Shown: piece by piece, positions 24,346 through 36,559 of the stretch
How the letters are laid out: every line of letters begins with the position of its first letter
How positions within the stretch are numbered: the stretch's first letter is position 1
NCBI GenBank assembly: GCA_051362555.1
Contig: CM120640.1
Coordinates: 61,854,788-61,918,787 of the forward strand
Direction: 5' to 3'
Length of the DNA: 64,000 nt
From: Lingula anatina
Taxonomy: Eukaryota > Animalia > Brachiopoda
The notes under the pieces: model-generated
Seen by the model: only the letters and a program-made list of their open reading frames with translations
Told to the model about the DNA's origin: nothing
Database searches by the model: none
Program-made: the position numbers and the translations under genes

Positions 24346-24376
<31 letters not shown>
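24346..24376. repeat. (CA)n microsatellite
   Basis: Read directly from the sequence. Confidence 0.9.
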
Positions 24377-24378
<2 letters not shown>

Positions 24379-25515
24379 CTGTTTGGTATGTACAACTGTT
24401 CTGTATAGATTGGGAAAACTTAGTTCAAATTCTAAAAGTTTTATTATCATTATTGTCTAACAACGGGGAAACCATAATTATGTTTATCAAAAATAACATA
24501 ATTGCTATGAATAGGCTCTTGAATTAGTAAGCTGGTGTCAGAAAACAAACGGTTTAAAAGCATTAAAATCTAAAAGCTGGTTATGCTAGGCCTACATCAT
24601 TTCATACTATAACTTCATACTATAACTTCCAAGACAGCTTGCTTTACAACTACACGCTGATATTTTTTTAATTTTTTGAAATCTTCTTTTGGCCACAGAC
24701 AATCGAAAACTGCCGAAAATAATCTGTAACTTGCGTTATGCAACGTGGAACGCAGTCAAATTCACATAGAGTTCGTAGAGTCACGAATCAATGATAGGTT
24801 TATTCTTTACAATATCAGGGTGGATATTATTTAGTCAACCAGATGTATATTTAAATGTTTATTTTTATCCCAAAAATAACATGTCGGGGATATTTGATAC
24901 ATAAAAAAATTAATGCGTTTTTCAAAGGTATCCAAATTTTGTTTTTCATTCTAGACATCACAATAAGAAACGGTGCTATTTACTTTGTCACACATATTTT
25001 CGCTCATTCTCAATGTTTTGGATTATCGCGTAGACTTTACTGGGTTGTTGAATCGTGCTTTCGAGACCGCTATTGGATTACCGACGAACCAAACCTAAGT
25101 TTGAGAGCCAAACGGTTAAAAAAGAAAATCTACAAGAACAATCAAAATTCTATTCCCCTCACCAAGGTGACTCAATCTGAAAAGTGAAGATTCTTTTATG
25201 ACGCACTACATTATTTCATCTTATACCATAAACAGATAAATATATCGTTTTTTTACATTCCCACGTTTTAATTCAGGTAATAAAACAATCATACTACTTT
25301 TATTAGCAGCTAGCTGTTTACACTCCCTTTACACAACAATTTCTCTATACTACATATTAGAGTTCTGCCACTATGTAAGGGACCGCGGGGAACAGTGAAT
25401 GGATGATGTATTTCAAATGTTATAATGATATAGACCTACAGATACACATACTAAAAGTTATTAGAGATATTAGAGATGCACCTGTCTCAACTATTGCAAT
25501 TGCGTGCTTCTGCGT

Positions 25516-25852
25516 TGTCACCTCCGCCAAGGAAGTTATGCTTTCATCTCCGTTCGTCCGTATGTTTGCCCGTTTGTTGACACCAGCCTAACTCAAATTA
25601 TTGATGGATTTTGGTGAAATCCTCAGGAAAGGTCACAAATGGGCTAATTTGCAAGTGTTGTATTAAAAGTTTGGTGTTGATCCGTGATCGGGTCACAATC
25701 GGGTTGCCAAGAATTTTTAAAATAATTCTTTAATGCGAGAGAGGGCCAACGACCTTCACCTTGTACCATAGATAGACGTGCTCTCAACTACCACAGTTTA
25801 TAACTACAGGGTGCTTGGCGGAGGTCTGCGCTTTCTGAGTGCTTTTCTAATT
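25516..25852 (+). mobile_element. Non-autonomous Helentron/DINE-1-like (HINE) element
   Basis: Subterminal inverted repeat ACCTCCGCCAAG (25520-25531) / CTTGGCGGAGGT (25814-25825), a short GTCC/GTTT-type microsatellite after the 5' end and a 3' small hairpin (GCGCTTTCTGAGTGC) followed by a T-rich end. Confidence 0.75.
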
Positions 25853-26438
25853 CAAAATGCAGCAGTTAGATACAGTATTTGATCGCATCTACCTGCTTTG
25901 TTAAAAAATTAGACCGGTGCTGTTCTTAAATCTGTTATAGTAGGCTATCTAGTGTCCCATAAATCAAAATATCTAATTTTGAACTGGTTAGCGAGACATT
26001 CGACTACAATAATTTTTTGTAAATAACATGGCAGTTACAAGAGGAAAACATAATTATTAACATGTGAATGTATTCTGTACACTAGATTTTAGTACTTGGT
26101 GGATTCTAGACTAGATGTATCCTTCATTCATGTAGTCTCCGAAGCGTTCTGTTTATGCGGTGTCCGTGCTCCTTCGTCGTTATTTAGTGACTAATGGTTT
26201 TCACTCTTGACATCATTTTATCTTTACTAATACCTTATTGCATATGAAATACAATAACATGAAGTCAAAAGTTAGAATGGATGTTATGCACTCCTATGTA
26301 GTGCCCGCACCCCTGGAATTCCACAATGAACATTTAGTGTGTAATCGTTGCTATAACGAAATCTAATGGAAACACAATGTCGCGACTGTTCCGGATACAA
26401 ACTCATTAGCTCACATAGATTTATACACAAAACTACTT

Positions 26439-29400
26439 TCAATAATTTGTTGGTTTCTTGCAGTCGCTATCCCTGATGCATTCACCGTTATCGCTCAGTA
26501 CGGGTCTGTCTGCCGGGCACTCACAGCGGGGGACACACTGCAGTGTGCAGAACAGAGCTTCATCACTGCAGGTCCTGGTGCAAGCAGAACCACATTCATT
26601 GAAGACTTGGCCCCCGGAACATTCTGAATTGGAAAAAAAACGTGCCCGTGGAAAATTGATATCCAATTAAAAAAGGCATTAACTGAAAGGCGCTCACCAC
26701 TTTCTCTATCAAACATAAATGTGATAACTGTTAATGAGATTTATCCATTCCCTTTTCCTGTCATATCTCGTCTTTAATGTGTAAAATATACATGCTGAAA
26801 TATACCAACTACTATATGACGTTCTAGTGACTCAAGACAGACAACACACAATTTTTGTATCTTAAGCGCTTCCTTGAACCTAAAATATTACCATCTAGGG
26901 ATATATGTTTCAAATTAGATGTGTCTCTTACTTGGTATTGGGCACTGAGACTTCGTGATACACTGTCCGTTGTGGAAGACTGGTTTATCAGGTGGGCATT
27001 CACATTTTTCCACACATTGCAATGTACACGGCCTAGGAGACTCGAAGACTGTCTGGCACGTTGTCTCGCATGCAGATCCGCACCTATTGAAGACCTGTCC
27101 ACCCGTGCATCCTAATTGTGATAAAAAGTATTAAGTGGCATTCATAAAGAAAATTGCCAGCTCTGTTAAATGAAAATTACAGTGGTATTAAGTTTGATAT
27201 CAGTTGTTTATTCGAAGAAACTGTTATCGTACCATTTTATTACGTGCATATTGAGATTGCTACTTGAGGGTTGTACGGTGTCAGTTATCGTATTTTGAAA
27301 ATTTGTGTAAGATATTGTAAATTTTAAGACCTTGATATAAATTTCTTATTATCCTCAAAATAAGAGATTTAAATCTCTATTGTCCAAACTAGCAAAATGT
27401 TTACAGAATCCAACCTTGTGGCGTTACAGGGCACTGGTTCAAAGGCACACATTTCCCGTTATCCAAAATGGGCGCGTCCTGGGGGCACTCACACTTTTGG
27501 ACACACTGGCGCGTGCAGGCGGGGTTGGGTTCTTGGCAGGTTCTCTCACACACAGACCCACATTCCTTAAACACCTGGCCAGGTATAGGACACGCTGAAT
27601 ACAAACGTTGAGAATAATTACAGGGATCAAAAGCTGTGCATTGATTGAGGTTTACATCATTTTCAATTGTATTTTAAAACCAAATACTGTCTATTGTTTT
27701 CTTTATGTTTCATTTATGATATCATTATTATGATGTAAGCAATGTCACACACGTAACAAGATTAAGGTTAAACAGCGCAGATTACATTTGTTTTAAGTCT
27801 TAACATAAAAATATAATTTTTATCTTCTACAAAAAAGCCTTCGTTCACACAAAGATATAACCCCACATATCAAAATCCATATACCATTCTAATATTGCCA
27901 ATAATCTAAGGGTTACATTCATTATAAATGTGTCAACCTTTATGGCTTTCCTTACAATATGAATCCGTAGGTACATCTACTAAGTAGCAGAGATGCATGT
28001 AGAATGATCAAATGTTAACTTGACTTGACACGTTCGACAAATGAGCCTTTCACACGGTAAAATACAGATATGGCAAACGAAGAGGGGCTTGACAAAGCGG
28101 TTAAAAAGTATACACCTCTTTTCGGTTGGCATAAGAAAAATATCGAGGGAAATTTAGAGCGGTATTACTCGTATTAAATTACGTACTTTTCCTAGGACAG
28201 GCATCATTACTGATACAGTTGCCTTCGTGCAGCAGCGTCCCAGAGGGGCATGCACAGCGGCCGACGCACACCGTTGCACAAATAGGGTTAGGTTCTTCAC
28301 AGGTGGGATCACAGGGGGATGCACACTCGGAAAACACTCGGCCACCGGTGCAGGTTGAATCTATACATGTATAGGTGGTTATACTTCATTTTATTGGCAC
28401 TGATATTTATTTACCTATGAAAAGTTACTGTATGAAACCACACTTCTATGATGAAACATATATACACATATATTTGGAAGGTTCGATTGTCTTTCCCAGT
28501 CTATTTCTTGGTCTGGGTGCAACTGCAAGCATGAGAAAGTTGAACCTGAACTAATTTTGGATGTCCATGGAATTCATTTAAAGGACTAAATCACCTACCT
28601 GGCGGTGGGGGTGCCGTTCGTGCGTCAGGGCACTCGGAAGCTTTGAGGCAGTTTCCGTTGCGTAGAAGTGGTCTGTCGGGAGGACAGTGACATCCAGGGA
28701 CGCACTGAAGAGTGCAGACAATATTGCCCATGTTCTCACACGTGGCGGTGCAGGCAGAACCGCACTCGTTGTACACCTGGCCACCTCTGCAGGACTCTAA
28801 ACCCACATAACAGCACATTAGTATTATGCTTTAAAGTACAACAGTGTATGATAAAGACTTTTGAAAAAAAAGCTATTTTTAGGCAACATGAAGATCAAAT
28901 TCCAGTTTAGACCCAATCGTAGGTTCTAGTAACTAACGTTGAATAAAGCCAAAAGCGCATGGTTTTTTTAAATTCCAGCATAACAAAGGACATAAAATTG
29001 AGAAGCAGTTGTTTCTCTTTTCAACAAAGCGTTGAGGCTTAAAAGACAACATATTTTTTCTTCTTGGCTGCATTATTTGATACGCATGACATTGCCTCAG
29101 CTCACCTCGGACAGGCACGCATACAGGTGGTGGCTGTGGACAGGGGGCAGTAACACAGAATATTGTGTCTTGGACGCAGACCGTTCCACTTGGGCAGTTT
29201 AGATCCTGACATGATAAACAGTAACAAGTTAGAATAACAAATAAGTTAAAAAGTTTTTCCCCACACGTAAGGATCAAAATGCATTGATTGTTATTTTCCG
29301 TTATTTCATTTATCCTTATTATATCATCTACTTATCTATCTCTTTTCACTACACCATATATGTATATTTATTTATTCATTTTTATCTGATTTAGTCTCTC

Positions 29401-32400
29401 TCTCTCTCTCTCTTTCTTTCCCTACTGTAAAATGCTTTTAACATCTGACATTTATTAAATACAAAGCATAATTCTCCCATAAAAACAAATAATACACTGA
29501 ATTAAAGACTGCTGTTAACATTTCAGGAAGTGGGGACATCTCACTTACTGCACATGTGGCCGGAGGTGGCGGTTTTGTTGTGACAGTCGCCGGATCAATA
29601 CCGACAGCACATGTTTGCTGGCACTCTTGCACTGTGTTGAAGTTATTGGCATTGCCTTGGCAACCGCCAAATCCGAACTCCTCACATTGCTTAGTGGCTG
29701 CGTTGTAAAATAATCTTGGGATGCTGGCTCTGCATGGACCGATTTTCTTGGGGAACTCGCACGCAGCTAAAACATAACATATTGAAACAGATGACATGAA
29801 TAAGACCAAAAGGGTAATTGTATAATTGTGTTAACGATAACTCATTATTTGTCAATTTAAATGAAATAAGTATTGTTCTAAACCGATACTCACGATATTT
29901 ATCTAACTGGCCTACAACTTATTTACCTTGGGTCAAATAAAGTAAAAAATGTTTTGATTTTTGGACATAAGTTATTTTGTAATACAACAGCATTAGTGCC
30001 TCACTTACTTAGACACTTTGGGGCGATGAACGGACAATTATCCCCGAAGCAGTCAAATGGTCGGTCTACGCAAAATGTGTCGGGGCTACACAATGTGTTC
30101 TGAAGCGCAAATAATAAAATGATAAATGATAACAGTTTTATTCTTCGCCATTATCATCTGCATTGCGGCTGTGTCCAGTATTTCATGGTCAAGTCCTAGG
30201 TCGCAATGATATGCTATTATATATATTAAAACACTTGGATGAAATCCCCATGTTTTGTTTATAAAAACGCCGTTATAAAATATCTGGAAAAATAGCAATA
30301 TAATAGATCGTTTACGTACGGCGCAAGTGATTGCAGGAGTGGGCCTCCCACAGGTGTTCTCACAAGCTGCTAAAGTTTCGAAGTTATTTTCGTTTGGTTG
30401 ACAGCCGCCATAAGTGAAAGTCTCGCACTGCCCGGTTGCTTGGTTGAAAAAGTATCTATCGACACTGGCAAAGCATGGGCCCGATTTCTTCGGCAGCTCA
30501 CACTGGGCTGAAAATGTAAAAGCGATCCCATCAGTTATCATTAAACTACTCGGCCACCAAAGCCACCTTCTGCATTTATTAATAATATCAGGCATTTTGA
30601 GCCTTATTTAAAAAAAAGCAAATGTTGAAAAGATTATTAATATTAAGAATGGAAGTACATTATTACAAAAAAAGACTTATTTTGACACACAAAAAACTTT
30701 TCACCTCTAGTACTATTTGGGGTATAGTTAGACCCTGCATTAAATTTAGTGAACAAGATACAAGTGTCAAACCGATACTACCTGGATTAAAGTGCAAGGG
30801 TTGAACTTACGAACACAAGTTGGCACTGTCAGACAAGGGGCAGCGACACACTGTACTTCTTTTTCATAGCAGAAAAGATTCAGGTCACACTTCGTGTTCT
30901 AAATAAGATTGAAATTATGTTGATGTGTTGAAAATATGCCACCACATTAAACCCATCACTGGGAGATTTTTTAATATACAGATGTAAGCACAATCGAAGC
31001 TGAAAGGTCGCGTCACATTTCTATGAATATTTATTGTTCTAAATTAGTTTCTGCTTAGTTATTATTCCTCGAGTATGTTAACTCGACCGTGAAATACAAA
31101 GGTGTTATACAAAAATAGAAATCAGTTTATTCATCCAACACATACCTCACAGGTGGGAACAGCCTGAAATGAAAAAAAAGCCGTAGTATTTTCAAATCAT
31201 ATCATATTCAAAATAGGATTTGTATATTTCAAAATTGTGTCCCAATGTATTCAATGTCTTATCTTTTAGTGGAGGGTATATTAAAGATGAGCACATAAGA
31301 TCCGCAGTATTTTAAACGGCGAGTAACCACGTGCTTTAACAGATGGTAAGACAATGAAATGCAATAGGCAATGCCAGTGCTATTTCTGCTACTGTATACG
31401 TATTGTGGACATTTAGTAAATCGACCAATGAACCAAACAACGTACAAGGTCTTCAGTCCTTGCCTTTGAGCCATCATCAACTGGTGCCGCTGAAAAAATA
31501 TTCAACAACTTATTTAAAACGACTGGAATGGGAGAAGGGGTGTGCCAAATATGGACTTGAACAGTTTTGAAAGGTATTCAATTTGATATTTACCCACTAC
31601 ACAGAAAGTCCATCTATTCACAATACCTTATGTTGTGTATAAAACGCAACCTATCTTTTTTAAAATCCTAATATTCTGCAGTATTTGAAAGTATGATAAC
31701 AAAAATCAGACCTTAACAAGCCAATATAATACCAACCAGGAATTGTACTTAACCTACATTCACCATACCATGATTGTTGTTTGGCCTTTACCTTCAGCTC
31801 CGGGACACCTTTCATTCGCCAAGTCATCGACTGTGCTCATGCTCTTCCCCACGCAAGGATTGCTGGTGTCGGGTAATTCCGGGACTTTTCCGTACTGTGG
31901 AGGCACGGCCGTGCCAGGGGCACAGAGTTTTCTGTGGGCTTTCAACCCCAATGTATTGGCACCAAAGTTGTGGGAAATACATTGGAAATAAGCGCATGGG
32001 TTTGTCTCATCGGGCATGAACTGCCCTTCTTTGAAGCAAGCTGATCCATCAACTATATAGAAATTGAAATTTCAATCAAAATAGATCAAAATCTCAAATG
32101 TACTACAAAGAATAATGACTTTTGCCATTTTTATCAGGTTTTCCCTAATTTTTTTTAACCGTAAGTCAAATTTATTGTCTTTTAAATATTCCTATCACGA
32201 TTAAAAATAATACTTCAAGTTATCAACTGTAATAATGGCGAAATATGCATTATAATATCTGTAACATATTTTTAAAAAAATCTTAACAAAATGATAGGCA
32301 GATAAAAAGCTTCAATATAAGTAACACACATGCAGTTTTGAAACTGAAATCTTATCAAAACGAAAATATAACAGGCACAAGTGCTAATGCCGTACAAACT

Positions 32401-35400
32401 AACAAGCTAGCAATCTACATATCCAAACTAAAACACAAAGCAGAGATGACCCTAAAGACCACGTCCTTACGATAAACACTTCCAAGAGCCATCACCGATC
32501 TTGCCGCTAGATCTGTGGCCGTGTCTGACGCTACAACATAGCAAAACTTACTAAGTACAACAGAACAGCCATGCAAAATCATGAGATAAAAAAGAAACAA
32601 ATAAATCCGGCCTGAGTCATAAAAAGAACTAAATCCCATGCTTTAATACTACAATAAAAAACAAAACCAAGTGCTACTAAACATATTAAAAACTACAAGT
32701 AAGAAGACTGAAAATTAAGATTCAGTATTTTCAGTATTAATATTCACATATTATAATTTTAAAAAACATTCAAATATTGTTTTTAGTCTTATGATATTTG
32801 ATGGCCACTGTTTAATAAAAGCTTTTGCCCTTTGACCCTTTTTACATCCAATATATCTGTAGATATTGTTCGGTTTAAGCATATAGGGTAGGTTTTACTT
32901 AATTCGCATATGAGCAGTATTGGATTATGTTCCGTTTATAATGTGCTAGGTAGGTCGATGTGTGAATATGTGTTTACATGTATATACAATTTTGATACAA
33001 ATCTATTAATTATATCATTCAAATCACTGTCCTTACTTTAATGAGTTAAAAAAAAATCCTTTTTTATTCTGTATCTTTGTGCTTTTTTAAAGTTGCTAGT
33101 TCTGATGTATGCTTTCTTTGAATGATGGTACATACAAGTACATTCTGTACACATAGGCCTATATGGATGAAATACAGCATTAAGTACACATAATATAAGC
33201 CTCTCTCCTCCAAACAAGAGCATTTTGCACCTTTTGCCATCTGTAGTTTTAAAAAATCCCTCATACTGATTAGAGCGGCTGATCTGCACCAGTGAGCCCT
33301 ATCTTATGATAAATAAGCGGTATTAGACATGCTTGAGCAATTTCGTTCGTAAAAACGAGTGGCACAATGTGTTTTTAGGCTACATGGTGCATCGTAAGAG
33401 CTGTGCAACTATGCATCAATTAATCTTTTAATGTGAAGGTTTTCAATTATATGGGATGTCTGTTATTTGAAGGTAAATTTCACTGTTTTCTTAATTTTGC
33501 TAAAAAAAACACTGTGCAAATCAAATAGCATGCCAAGATGCATAAAACATTCGGTATTAAAAAGCCGTTTGATAAACATATTATATGTTAAATACGTGCT
33601 AACGACATTCATTCTGGAAATGCAATATCAGTACAATCGCAACAAATGACGCTACCCAAAAGAAACATTGTAGCAGTTGATACACCACAATCTCCTATAG
33701 CACAATGACGACATGCAGCCATGCAACAAACACAGAAGTGTTATCAAGCCCTAAGCCCTTACCTGATACAGTTTTAAAGGGCTTGAAATCTACAGCCTTA
33801 AAAGAAACTGGGACACCAGGTGGTGCAGCGGTCACTGCAACATAAATGTCAAAACGATAATAATCTGTAACTCTCAGAACTCTTACTGTTTCAAACAAAG
33901 CTTTATGGTTTCATTTAATCAACAATTCGTCATTTTGGCTAGGGAACGAATATTAGCGTATTGCATAAAGTATTTCAAGATAAAAATCAAAGCCTTTATG
34001 GTTTACACATTATAATTGGGCGCTGTGTACCGAAAACAAAAACCGGAGGAGTTGGACGTTTTAGGATTAATGTTATTAGTGCATGACACGCGACGTCTGA
34101 CACGTGACGTATGGGTGAAGAAGAATAAAGAGCCTACTCTTGTTGCTCATTAGGCTCAAGTTTTACACTTACCACAGTCAAATTCACATGTTAAGTAATC
34201 TGCTTGTGAGGCAAATAACATAAAAGGGTGATTTAAAGGTACCGTTTGAGAACACCGGAGTTTCAGGACACCGTAGTGCGTCTCATATTATTTCAGACAG
34301 ATACAAATAATACCTGCCATTTAAACTGAAGGTTTTAGTGCTGTGGATAAATGATAAATTAAGAATTCTAAAGGAGTTATTCCCCTGGCCTTTAAATGCC
34401 TTGAGAAGAAAATTACCAAAAACAGTGCTCATATTGTGCAAGATCAAATATGAATATGAATTTCGAAAAGCAGCTGATAGCGTCGTGCGCACAATGCCAA
34501 TTTAAAATTGTTGTTGAAAACTGTAACGTTAGTATTTTGAATTGTAAGAAGTATGTTTCAAATAATAAAACACGTCCCACTTCGACAAAACCATGGTACA
34601 CCATAGTAACCACACATTGAAGAGCCACACAACTTAAACAGACTGACCAGGGCCCGTAACTCGAAAGCATCGCGCATTGCGACCGAGCGCAAGCCTCCAT
34701 GTGATATCGCTATTCGCAAGGCGCGATGCTTTCGAGTTACAGGGCCCAGACAGACGGCTTGCCCTGGCCTTCCTCAGAGACATACCCCTTATTTTTTACA
34801 TCAAAAGCGAAAGCATAATTTTTATAATTTTGACAACAAAAAGAAGCTGTGACTTTATTGTTAAACTTTCACTAACATACATATAACCTCTCCCTGACGT
34901 TGATTGCAACTGAGCTGTGACTTTATTGTTAAACCTTCACTAACATACATATAACCTCTCCCGGACGTTGATTGCAACTGATTTGGTCTGAGCATTTTGT
35001 CATTTGGTCAAAGGTGTGATGAAGTCACCCCTGATTAAGATATGATAAGATGACTTAGCGTCGATATCGGAATGTTAATGGAGCAGTGGGAAGAGGAAAT
35101 CAACGCACTGATGTTCAGTAACGATCTGACAACTATGTTCCACAAGGCACACTTGATACTTCCTCGTTTCACATTGACCGATCATGGTGTGAGTCAAATT
35201 TGGTTCATTTCAGTTCTAGATATGTTTTGAAAAGTCGAATGGAAGATGAATAATTGATAAGATTTAATTGAAATATAATAATGTTCTCGGTTACATTTTA
35301 TAGTTATAGGATAAATAAAAAATAGAAGGATACACATTCAAAAACTGATCCGCCAATTGTTAGTCTCAAATACACTCCCCCTAAGCATACATAGGGCCTA

Positions 35401-36515
35401 CACGTGTATTACGTGGAAGTGTTAAAATTTCTTTCCTTACTATCGCGTGTTTAAATACATCGCTCCATCACGACCCAGCATGTTTTAAAACAATCAAGTA
35501 TTATTTCCTTGTGGTTCGACCTTAATATAATGTTAACCAAAACATCAGATAAAAAATGTCGTGGTCTAAAATGCACTGCCAATATACCCGTAGTACTGGC
35601 TGCCCATCGATTCAATATCTGTCTGAATAATGACTTGTAAGAAACTGGAATTCCTGAACTTAAGCATTAATCATATGCGTTTGTCCAAAACTTTTTCGGT
35701 GTTTTATTGCACCGCATTAAGCAGTTGTGCGATATGTAATCATTTTACAAAAGTAATTTGTCAGGATGCCGACATGTTCTTGTATTTTATTAAAATAGAT
35801 GTGTATTCTCCAAACATAAGCCTTGTAAACTTTTAAAATGTTACTCAGTTTATTTTCAAATGCGAATATATTCGTATTCAACCTGCGTAATTTTTTACAA
35901 GTCGCTCAATCATAAATGCCACCTGATGAATGAAATACATCCGACCGTATATGTGTATACAATCTCCCTCAAGGAGTTTTGGCATCAGACATAAACATAT
36001 AAATGTTGACTTGAAAGACGTCATCAATGAAGGGTTAAGAACTTGGTCTTTCTATTCAATAAAAACATGAAATCATGAAACAGACTCAAATGACGGCCTC
36101 GTTCAGTGATAATGATGAACTTCTACTAAGGGCCACGATACATGTGTACATGTGTATGTGTATATATGTATCCTAAGTCTAAGATTTCTGACACATCTGT
36201 GTGGCCTTGATAAATGAATGGATAAGAATTTAGTAAATCTATCGTTTAAAAGACAAAATTATTAATGCGCCTGATTTCCATCTATCCATCGCATTCTATT
36301 CCTGCTGAATAAAAAAGAGGAATCTGATTTTGTCATAAAATCCAGATTATGATCGACAAATCTACTGCATTGTTCAAGTAGATTTTTTTTATAATAAAAT
36401 TCGATGGACAACTTTAACCGTTTACACACTCACCTTTAGGTGTCTGTGATAAGACGCTTAGCAAAACCAAGACCAGAAGTGGTGCCCGTGCATTTTTGGT
36501 TGTTGTGAGTCCCAT
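26439..36515 (-). CDS. Gene B: secreted CBM14-like / 3x 6-Cys module / 2x Kunitz / 5x TIL multidomain protease inhibitor (~712 aa)
   Basis: 16 phase-consistent exons: 36515-36434 (signal peptide MGLTTTKNARAPLLVLVLLSVLSQTPK), 33834-33763, 32530-32471, 32052-31792, 31489-31446, 31163-31146, 30898-30811, 30507-30320 (Kunitz), 30099-30009, 29766-29549 (Kunitz), 29205-29106, 28796-28599, 28360-28187, 27594-27415, 27111-26932, 26623-26439 (TIL domains, TGA stop). They sum to 2139 nt with an open frame. The first three exons are less certain than the rest. Confidence 0.85.
29549..29766 (-). CDS. Gene B Kunitz/BPTI domain 2 (P1 Arg)
   Basis: CEFPKKIGPCRASIPRLFYNAATKQCEEFGFGGCQGNANNFNTVQECQQTC. Confidence 0.95.
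30320..30507 (-). CDS. Gene B Kunitz/BPTI domain 1 (P1 Phe)
   Basis: CELPKKSGPCFASVDRYFFNQATGQCETFTYGGCQPNENNFETLAACENTC has the canonical Kunitz 6-Cys pattern and the F-x-Y-G-G-C-x2-N-x-N-N-F motif. Confidence 0.95.
34650..34747. mobile_element. Small palindromic MITE in gene B intron 1
   Basis: GGGCCCGTAACTCGAAAGCATCGCGC...GCGCGATGCTTTCGAGTTACAGGGCCC, with arms of about 30 bp. Confidence 0.7.
34846..34981. repeat. Tandem duplication of a 68-bp unit
   Basis: GCTGTGACTTTATTGTTAAAC...GACGTTGATTGCAACTGA occurs twice with two mismatches. Confidence 0.9.
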
Positions 36516-36553
36516 GTTGAGTCTAAAATGTGCCTCCAGAGAGAAACAAGTCA

Positions 36554-36559
36554 CTTATA
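36554..36559 (-). promoter_or_regulatory. Possible TATA box of gene B
   Basis: Minus-strand TATAAG about 40 nt upstream of the proposed ATG at 36515. Confidence 0.4.

Noticed and set aside
22000-26400. Short ORFs in the interval between genes A and B, and in 36600-40700
   Set aside because: AT-rich with no recognisable domains or consistent splice structure, so treated as intergenic. No tRNA, rRNA or other RNA gene was recognised anywhere in the window.
34173-34199. Possible 27-nt phase-1 microexon (DYLTCEFDC) in gene B intron 1
   Set aside because: It has cag/gtaagt boundaries but would interrupt the predicted signal cleavage site (VTA-AP). It cannot be supported without transcripts.
34413-34783. 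Alternative first exon for gene B (MSLRKARASRLS / MEACARSQ... ORFs)
   Set aside because: It overlaps a palindromic MITE and has no good signal peptide or donor. Exon 36515-36434 gives a signal peptide, a gtgagt donor, the correct phase and a TATA box.
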